DNA of 64,000 nt from Tubiluchus corallicola (Eukaryota > Animalia > Priapulida). A program made the position numbers and the translations under genes. Below, piece after piece: positions 54,506 to 64,000 of the stretch. Location of the stretch: the NCBI GenBank assembly GCA_030141605.1, contig JAQGDQ010000001.1:2046001-2110000 (forward strand), in the 5' to 3' direction. Position 1 is the stretch's first letter, and every line of letters starts with the position of its first letter. The notes under the pieces were generated by a model, which had not been told where the DNA came from, did no database searches, and saw nothing but the letters and a program-made list of their open reading frames with translations.

Positions 54506-57500
54506 CACCTTTTGTATACTGTACTTCTTTGCTAATTTTGTTTCATCTATTAGCTATAGTACATTGAACTAGGTGTTGGCAAACTTATGATTTCCGCTTA
54601 ACATTAAAAAAACAGCGATGCCTTCGGCGTTGCTTTAAAGATTGAGGTTGCGCCTTACAGAACGAAACATGAGTTTTCTACACATTTAATTTTTTATAGT
54701 CAGTTTTAATTTAATTTGTCTTATTTGTTAATGGGCAATTGACTTATTGCTCAACTATTCAGTGAACTATTTAGAAAATGCATATGATTAAAAAAAATTG
54801 CATTATTTATTTCGATGAACTGACGGCAGCTTTTTACACACAGTTCCAAATTGTGCGAGCCAGGGCCCTGCACTTAACAGAAACACCTAATTTACGTTGT
54901 GGCCGGACCGGAATCTGGCTGATTACCAAGAACACGCCTTTAAGCTAAAACTCTGAACTGGCAAAGATGCATTTAGCCACGTTCGGATACTTTCCTTGCA
55001 AACAAAAAAGTTCCTGTGCTCAAATCACAGAATAAATCATAGTGTTTTGTTTTCTTTTTTCTCTGCTTACGCAGAATGATTTATCACACGTGTTACAAAT
55101 TTTTATCTCGCTGGGCCTATAAACCAACAAAATTATCCGAAAAAAAGAAAAATATTTCAGGCTATAAACAAATTGAACTGTAAATAATGCACACATACAG
55201 CCAAAGAATGCATGCAGCCACATCAAAGAAAGATTGCAGATAAAGACCCTGAAAAAATTACACAAAACACAATCGGTCTATGTCTTCAAATCTGACATCA
55301 TATGACATCATATAACAAGAAGACTATACGTGCTTCATAAACACTGGCTGGTCCTAAAATAAATAAGACGTCAAACGTAGATAAACATCTAAAATGTAAT
55401 TTCATCTCGGAGAAAGAGCCAATTCCGCAAAGATAGCATAAGGGTTAGAATTGTAACATCATTCGGAATGAAACCCTACATAAGAGGATTCGTATTCTAA
55501 AAGAAAGCATGTCATAAAAATCTGAAAAAAGAATGAGCAGATTGTACATAAACTAGTAACGCAAGTTCTCTATGAACTACTTGAATGATCATGAAATGTA
55601 TAAATTTCAATTTGAAGACAAAGATAATTACCCACTGATCAAAGTACGTGTCTACTATCGAAGTTAAGCAACGTTGTGGTCGCTTTAGTGAATGGACAGG
55701 TGACTGCGGCCTCCTTATTCATACTGAGTGGTTTTATTTGCAATATAGATCCTGACTAATTTTTCCCGTTGATGGAGAGTGTATTCACAGTCATAGGTGG
55801 CTAAAATATATTTGCTTGATTAGGGACCTGCTACAACCATCCACATTTTAGCAGACCTTTTCAGATGCTAGTGAGTGTTGGATTCTACTTTACAGTGTAT
55901 CAAGCTATATAAAAAAAAGCTGCGAGCCAATCATAACCTGCAATCTTTCAGAATTTTAATGGCAAACAACGTATGCTAATCCATGTGCCCTTGTTTTGGT
56001 TGGCTCACTGACCCCTGAGCCATGAGCCACATTGCCAGCGATTAGCACAGAACAAGTATTATTCAATTAGATTGCTTCGGGAAATGCTAAAGACGGGAAG
56101 CGGGAAGATTCCAGGGAATTTGAAGCAGATGTTGTTGTGGTACAGCAGACTATACCAGTCATGTCTTTTGAAGCTTGAAAGGGGAATCATTTAAAAAGAC
56201 AGCGAATTTTTTTGGCTCCAGCTAATTTCCTGCGACTTGCGATATTGTAACACAAAAAATATTTTGTGGATAAAACTTAGTAACAGTGAATTGAAATGAA
56301 TATCTGTTATCATGGACGTATGTCACATTATGACCTACAGTTATTTAAGGCGAAGGACGAATAAAAAAATATCCAATACTATAGGCTAAAATTTTAATTA
56401 CTGTATAAGCCTGTTAGAAGGCATCGTGCAAGTAGGGCAGGAATCTTCGTTTTAAAGCATTAAAAGTCACACCGCATGGAGAAATGATTCCTTCTAGTGT
56501 GCAAAATGGGGTATCTTAATGTAGACTTGGTCATACGCTGCCTTTACACAACATAAAATTCAATATTTGTAAACAAGTCTGTTGTGACTGTGCTACTGTT
56601 GTGCGTGAAACAAATTTCAAGTTCGCAGACAGATTTTGTGTAAAATCATTAGTAACAGTATGCTTGGTACTTGTATAGAGCGCTGAAAACATTAGACAAA
56701 AAACTTCACGATAATTTAATTTACGTTTGCAGTAGTAAATAGCGCTTTAGTTTTACATCGGTTGAGAAGAGATTGTAAAAGACGAGTTTGTTAATAAAAC
56801 TTCTCACAAGCAGGACATGCGCTGATGCAGCTGTTGCGCAAATAAACAATTTACAGCGACAGTCGTCGGCATGTTGCACGCATGGCTTCAGCTCTGCGTG
56901 CCGCACGCATGGCTTCAACGATGGGTTTTCTTTGCAATTCGTGGCAGCAGACTTCACTTCCTCGTCAACTCAGTAAACGAATAAATGAAGAGTTTATATC
57001 ATGCGAGAAAAAAGCGGTGATGGAATGCACGTCAAGCAGCAGTTGCTATTTTGACGTGGGAATCTGAAAGAACAGCAGCAGTCTTATTCAAAATAATTCC
57101 AGAAAGAATGCCTCTTAGCGTTAAGTATTATTAGGCGCTAACACTACAAAACTAGTTTCAATTGTTTTTCTGTAAAATCTGCAAAAATTACAATACTAAT
57201 TCCTGAAATCTTGTATCGTAAGTGCAAAATATTGAACTGACGGCGGCCAGTTAGTATTGGGTTAAATTCGTGTTGTCAAACTGTGTTGTGGAGTTTGACT
57301 CAAAACAGTGCAGATATATCAAAATTGAAGAAGATATTAAAGATCTAACCCTGCCAGCAATTTAAGGCTTAGCACTTAGAGGGGATGGCTCCTGCCCGGG
57401 TCTGGTTCGGCAATGTCCTGAACTGCAGAAATCGATTCCATGACAAAGTTTGTAGCAACAAAGTGAACGGGTTGCGCAGACTGCATGTTGATGAAACCAA

Positions 57501-58478
57501 ACCTGGCGTAGAACAAATGTCTAGCAGATTTTCAGATGCTAGGAAAGCCCAAAGGATTCCATAACCATTAAGTTCCGTCAGAGGCAGTACTTTGTGGGTC
57601 GTAAGGCAACCTTCTTATAAAAACTACTGACTAACACCAACGTCACGCCAACGCCTTATAAAAACATAACGAGGTGCCGAGGTTTCAAAAAATATCGACA
57701 GAAACGTGAAGACTACTACAGATAGATAGAATCCATTGATTGCTAATCTCGACTTTCCTCGACTGCACCCTACTACGGACACCGATGAACTGACGACGGC
57801 CAAGGAGTCTTGGATTGAAATTCGTGTTGTCACACCGTGTTGTAGAAGAACGAAAATACCTTACGAGCAGATAACGTTAAGTTTTTCCAACGATTTTCTA
57901 TTTAAAACTCATCCTGCCAACACAGTTTACAGAGAAATATTACCGACTGGGGTCCAGTTAGACTCCAATTTGACATTGTAGCAGTGAATGAAAAATTCGA
58001 CATTACACACTATTACCGTGAATGGGGATGCGATTTTTCTACAGAATTGATCCAACTTCTAGGTTATCTGTTCTATGTTGTAGAGAAAATGCCTTCTGAA
58101 TGCAGACCAAAAGCAAACAGAACGAACACGATGTTTTTCAAATCTTAAACAACAATGCTAAATTAAGAAAAGAAAAACGTATAAAAATATGGATGAATAT
58201 TCACTTTGACTTTCTTACATAGATCTTATCGCGATTTCAAAAACATGTGTGAAATTGTTATTGACACAGAATACGTAGATTACTGGCTGGCATACAAATA
58301 AAAAGTAACCTTAAAATGATTATCAATTTCCACTATTATGATTCAGTGTTTATGATTCATGTCGGTAGGCCACATTTCTGAGTCTTCCGTTTCAGGTACG
58401 TCATTTAAGTCAAAAATAGTCTCCATCTGTATGGCTGTTCTTTTACTATCTGTTACTATCCACTAAAGACGACTGCAA

Positions 58479-58561
58479 GAAATAGTATACACCCGTGTCG
58501 AAATAGTATACACCTATGTCGAAATAGTATACACCTATGTCGAAATAGTATACACCCGATC
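58479..58561. repeat. 21-bp minisatellite, 4 copies
   Basis: gaaatagtatacacc(cg/ta)tgtc x4, no spacers. Confidence 0.92.
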
Positions 58562-59774
58562 GGCCCCCAGTAACAAAACGTCTCATAACTTGTCATAGAT
58601 CAGGCAGTAAATGTACTGGAAATGAACAGAGTAATAAAATCCTAAAGCGGTAACATTGGACTGCCTCAAAATTTTTCTTTTATACATTAAAACAGCCACG
58701 TGAGGTCCGATAGGACCCCTGTCAATAAGATTAGGTGAGAGTTCAGTATATGCCACTACAAGTGTTATCCAGATAAGACCAGATGATATTTTTGATTGCT
58801 TTCTGAAATATTTTCAAAATCGAATTATATTAAACTCGTTTTCATGGCTCAATCTTCCCAATCAAAACTGGGCAATTCCAAATGTATCTATAAACATGAG
58901 GAGGCGCAAAAATGCCTTACTAATTTGTATACAATGATTATGTTGGAAATTGAATTCGGTTTCGATTTTCCATTTTTTGCACAAAAATTTAAGGATAATG
59001 TTGAAATGTGTCTCGTTTCTCGCAGCGAAAAAAATCATGTCTGCCACGTAGCACAGTCACTAATCAAGTAGCATGCATCTGGGTGTTAAAAGTTCACGCA
59101 GCACTGGTAAATAACAGAAGGAATGCTTAAGCACGTTTCGAAATACCATACACTGTTATTTTAGTCTGGTTTAGATTACAAGTTTAAAGTAGTCCTGTGC
59201 TATATGGAAGAATCGGGTCCTGCATGTATTTCATCGCAAATAACGAAAGTGAATGAATCCCAACTGCCATTTTCAAAATATTCAGCAGGCTAACTAGGAA
59301 CCTAGGATGTATGGCTAATAGTACGATTTGGCAATGACGGGGGAAAGTTGATGATTGTCCATGTCAAAAATGACTCAAAATCTAAAAAACCGAGCAATTT
59401 TTCAGAGATTACATATCAACGTCATCATTAATAAAGTTAGCTGTAACTGTTTTTCTGTGTTTTTTGCATAACTGCTAGACTGCGGCTTTTTGATGAGCAT
59501 TGACATTGAAGCTCCATGTCGTCATCGTGAAGTGGTTAGTTGTAGCACGTCACTGTTCAGTTTTACTGTCACGAATGTATTTATTTTTTAAACTCAATAG
59601 TTGAGTTACGATGCAAAAATACCAGAAATTGTTAAAATAATTGTAGAATGATTGGGGAGCAATTCTCTCAAATCTACTGGGTTCGCCCTATGTAGAACGA
59701 TTAACACTCTAACCGCACACTCGCCCATCCAGGTTACTCGGAAAAATTGTTTTTATAAGCTAACATGTCAATGA

Positions 59775-61643
59775 CGGTTTATGTCCGTTTCCCAGAAAAT
59801 AATTCTCCTGGAAAACTCATTTCACAGAAAAAACATTTCCCAGAAAGACTTTTAACAGAAAAATCGCGGCTACTTTTTTAATTCTGCCATTAGAGAATTT
59901 TGAATATTTTAGTAGGATAAATATTCTATTTTTTTCTCTACTTGCTTGTCCCTCTTTACCTTCCTCCCTTCTTACCTCCTCTCATCCTTTCCCTCTCTTC
60001 CTCTCCTTCCCCCCTCTCTCTCTCACTCTCTCTCTCTCTCATTCTCTCCCCCTCCCTCTAGCCCTCTCTCCCTCTCATTATCTCTCCATCCGCCTCTTTC
60101 CCTGTTCAATTAGTTTCTGTTCAATGTTCAATGTTCCTGTTCAGTCCCTTGTTCTCTCCGTCCGCCTCTTTCTCTGTTCAATTTCGAATAAATTTAAGAC
60201 AAATTCTGCCTCAGCCAACCTAAGCGAGTTTATCTAACAAAAGATAAAGATGTATGTCAGGCATATGTAAATATTGTTAGAAATGATGTGCGGAAAAAAT
60301 TGTTATAAATTAATTCAAATTATATTTATAGAAAAACATGTACTACCCTACATTAAAATGAAATCATTATATAATATGTATATATTTAAATTTACTCTTA
60401 AGAGGTGTTGTGAAAGTTATAATTGTGGTTTTGATGTATTTATGTAAAAGTTGTGTAAAGCGTAAATAGCCAAACTGAAACACTACTGCTAAAGTATGTA
60501 TGTATGTACAAAATTTGCATTAGGTATAATATTGTTATCGTAAATAGCTATTTTGAATTTTGCAAACGAACCCCTGCAAATAGAGGGGAAACAACGTATT
60601 TATTGTTTAATAAAAAGACTTATAATAATAATAATTTGTCTGTCTCCCCCCTCTCTCTCCCGTTTCGTTCTCTCTCTCACCCTCGCCCCTCTGCCTATTT
60701 TGTTTCTTCTCTTTCTGCTCTCCTTTAGCTATCTACAGCGCTTTGACTAAAGACCATCAAAAACCGAAATCATTTAAAATTACGTAATATTTAAAGGAAT
60801 CAACCTTGTTTTATTAGTTTTGTTCTGTAAAAAGAATAAGTTTGTTTTCAAACTTCGTTGCTACAATTTCAAGTTTTCTGGATGAAATTGTTTTCTCAAA
60901 GTAATTTGCGTTGTATCATTTGCTGCATATAGTCAATTCAAATCCCTCAAATCCAACTGATCTTCATAAGATTTGAAATGAAGTTTACTATACTAATAAT
61001 TATAAAAAATGAAAACACCAAAGATTTGCAGATTATACAAATTTGTGAATATATTGGGATCAACATTTGCCCAATAAATTATGCTCCGCAAGATTTTTTA
61101 CAGATTCTTTTATGGCAAGACCAGATCCTAGTTCATTATCCCGTGAGATGAAATAGTGAACTGGCAGAGATGTCACAGTCACATTCTTATGTAGGTACAA
61201 CACCAAGAAATGAAAGAAATAATTCGGAATCACAGTAAACGTAACTGCCAAAAAGTGATATTCCTAAGCGGCCTCCCAGCAAATCAGTTGTCAGACTTTG
61301 TATTGCTTAAGTTTGGTAGTCATTCACACGCCGCGATTACTAAGTATTGTGTAGATGCAAAGATCAACATGATTCACTACCTAATCGTTCTGACATTACA
61401 AATCTACTTTATGCCTTAACGAGTTTATCAAATTTTTTTGATCAAATAATCCCTAATAATCAATAAACTACTTTTTATTGCGCATTATCTAACTGCGCTT
61501 TAAAAAGTTCTATTACATTTTCTATGAATGTTATTTTCTATGAAATGACGGTTCTGGGGGAAAAATTCTAGGAAAGTGAATTTTTTTTGTTGGGCTAAAC
61601 ATTTTGTTGGCAAACGACTTTTCTGCGAAACGGGTCTACCCCG
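59775..61643. mobile_element. MITE-like element with repeat-rich inverted ends
   Basis: Left cgg...ccgtttcccagaaaa; right ttttctgcgaaacgggtctaccccg; ttcccagaaa / ttct.ggaaa units inverted at both ends. Confidence 0.6.
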
Positions 61644-62959
61644 TTGCTGCTATGTTATATCGAAGTTATTCATCTTCAATTTTTTTCTTCGTGTTAAAAT
61701 TCTAAAACGAATTGAAGCCGTGCAGAATAGCGCAGAACAAAAGGATCCAAAAATTTGTTCAAAAACTGGCAAAAAATGGTAAAATCTTATCATAATTTGC
61801 TCAAGATTGCATAACGATTTCTCACAATTTTTCAACAATATATTTGTCAGACCTCCTCAATGAGATATTATCGGCTTATATATTTACAACGAGGTCTCTT
61901 TCGCCGTGATGCTGTTGTTGCTTTCGTTCTATTTTTTTGTTATTCGTGTAATAAGTTTTTGCCAGTTTTTAATAATGTGACGTCACAGTAGAGTTACGCT
62001 GTATTCAGGATTTTTAGTTTTGTAGAAAAATGGATTACATGAGTGGCGTTCTAAATGATATATTCACGAAAAAATGAATTGCAAAACAAAGGTAAATAGT
62101 GTTCTAAATGATATATCCAAGCATTTGGGCAGAAAAAACTCAATACGCAAGTAACCCAATGCTTCGCATTCTGGCGTGGTTTTGCATATACACAAATAGG
62201 TCAATTTGACAGGCAGCCAATATTAAACTATGGCAATAGACGAAGACGAAGATAAGAGACGAACCAATAGAATTATATGAATAATTTAAGTCGGTTGCTG
62301 CATTAAAGCGTGTTGCAGGGAAGTAATTAGTTGAAGACAACTGACAAGTCTTCTCCATTCTATAGGAAACTCGATGTCTATGCAGCACATTGATGATAAC
62401 CACGATAGTGCACGGGGTGAGTGACTCTGACGAAATGGTGTTTTCTAGATGAGTAAATGGTCGAAGAAAATGGTAAAAACTTCAAGAATTATAAGCTAAG
62501 AGATTTCAGCGATGTCATTTTCCTGCAAAGAAATACCCCATATTACACGTAGAAAAAGAATGCCGCCAAATGCACAACTCTTGCCAGGATCTTCATCAAA
62601 TGCAAATTAGTATTTTGCGAAATTTTCGCGGTTCGGCACGTTTTCAGAGTAGAATTTATGCATAAGCTATCAATGGCTTGTCAAATAAATCCTGAATGTT
62701 TTCGTGAAGATAATACCCACACGTACTCATAGTGCATTTATAGTTTCAAAAACGAACCAGTCGTGTTTTGCAATAATCTATAATTCTGAAAGTGCCTACA
62801 TTTTGGTTAATTTATCTCTCAAGTAGCACCGACTAAGCAAAAGCAGTCTTCTCTTAAGTTGCAGAATCACAGTTCTTGAGTCTAAGTCAGTATATATTCC
62901 CATTGACTCGACGTCGATGCCACGTAAACGTACCATGCGAACTAGCCTACAGCTCCACG

Positions 62960-63475
62960 AGAGGCATAGGTTATAATGAGAATAGTTCACCCCTGACCCC
63001 GCTAGGGGACAAAAACTAGGGGGTCGGGAACTGAAGTGCACCGAGTGTTGAGCAATGGTACCTTGTAGCACATCAAATGAAAGGTCTCGATGAGTCGGAT
63101 CGAATGGCATAAGTTTCATTGAGAATAGCTAATCCGCAATCCCGTTAGGGGGCAAACCCGAAAAATGGGGGTCAGGAACAAATGCATCGAGTGTCTATAA
63201 ATAGTACCGTGCAGCAAATCAAATGAAAGGTTTCGATGAGGCGATTCGAATGGCATAGGTTACAACGTGAATGGTTAACCCGCGACCTCGCTACGGGGCA
63301 AAAACCGAAAAATGGGGGTCCGGGACAGAAATGCATCAAGTGCTTTGGAATAGTACCGCGTAACACGTCAAATGAAAGGTCTTTATGAGGCGAATTGAAT
63401 GGTTTAGGTTACAGTGTGAATCGTTAACCTGTGACCCCAGTAGGGGCAAAATAGGGGGTCAAGGAGACAAACGCC
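62960..63475 (-). mobile_element. Inverted copy of the ~145-bp-unit satellite/Helentron-like family
   Basis: tcaaatgaaaggtctcgatgag units at ~63073, 63220, 63368 are the reverse complement of the units at 42835-43290. Confidence 0.7.
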
Positions 63476-64000
63476 TTCTAAAGTCTACAAAAGTAGATCA
63501 TATCATAATTATGCACAACAATTAGCCTAAAGATTAATTAAATAAAAAAGAAGACAGCGAAAAGGCTATATTTGTGTTTCCATTTCGCATGCTCTTAAAA
63601 GCTACCGACTCAATTATAGGGCCTATTAGTAAAAAATTTACAAACACGCACGCGCACACACGATGCATTTGTCTATCGTATTTGCAAACAGGAACATAAG
63701 CTAGTGGAATTAACAATTGCGCAATTACAAGTTTCAATACTTTCGTTCGTCTTGGCCGTTGCATATTGTATTAGTAAATCATTGCACGCAACGTTATAGC
63801 ACTGAAGACACGAATAAGGACTTACTGTTCTTATAAAATTATTGTCGCCGCTTTGAACCTAGCATATTAATAGCACCAAATGAAAAGATCTGCAACAAGC
63901 TCTGCAGTGAGTATCAGCCAGCTGTGAGGGAATGGGATGGAATTGGCAATGTACACTAGCTCCGAAATTATACTCATGAAGTCTCTCAAGTTGTTAAGTA

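Noticed and set aside
58479-58561. CRISPR-like short repeats
   Set aside because: Head-to-tail 21-bp units without unique spacers, no cas genes, eukaryotic context.
51700-64000. Upstream cyclase C1a exons (KWQ.DVWS.DV motif)
   Set aside because: Not found by eye on the - strand; the intron appears to extend past the window end.

Overview
AT-rich, repeat-rich eukaryotic DNA with GT-AG introns, most likely from an invertebrate animal. Two convergent genes were reconstructed by hand from splice sites and exon phases. (1) On the + strand is a fatty acid 2-hydroxylase (FA2H/Scs7-type) locus with unusual architecture. One cytochrome b5 first exon (2982-3209) is followed by TWO complete, intact, tandem six-exon cassettes. 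Each cassette encodes a linker, a di-metal hydroxylase domain and its own stop codon (A: 15487-19851; B: 21835-29125). No second b5 exon is visible, so the shared b5 exon probably splices to either catalytic module. (2) On the - strand are the 3' 16 exons of a rutabaga/ADCY1-like Ca2+/calmodulin-responsive adenylyl cyclase (31750-51699). It has a ~660-aa single-exon tail ending in a PDZ-type motif, and its 5' exons lie beyond the window. The introns carry many degenerate transposons (L2/CR1-type LINEs, hAT, Harbinger, pogo and mariner remnants, satellite-bearing Helentron-like elements, SINEs) and microsatellites. All coordinates were counted by eye and no database searches were run.
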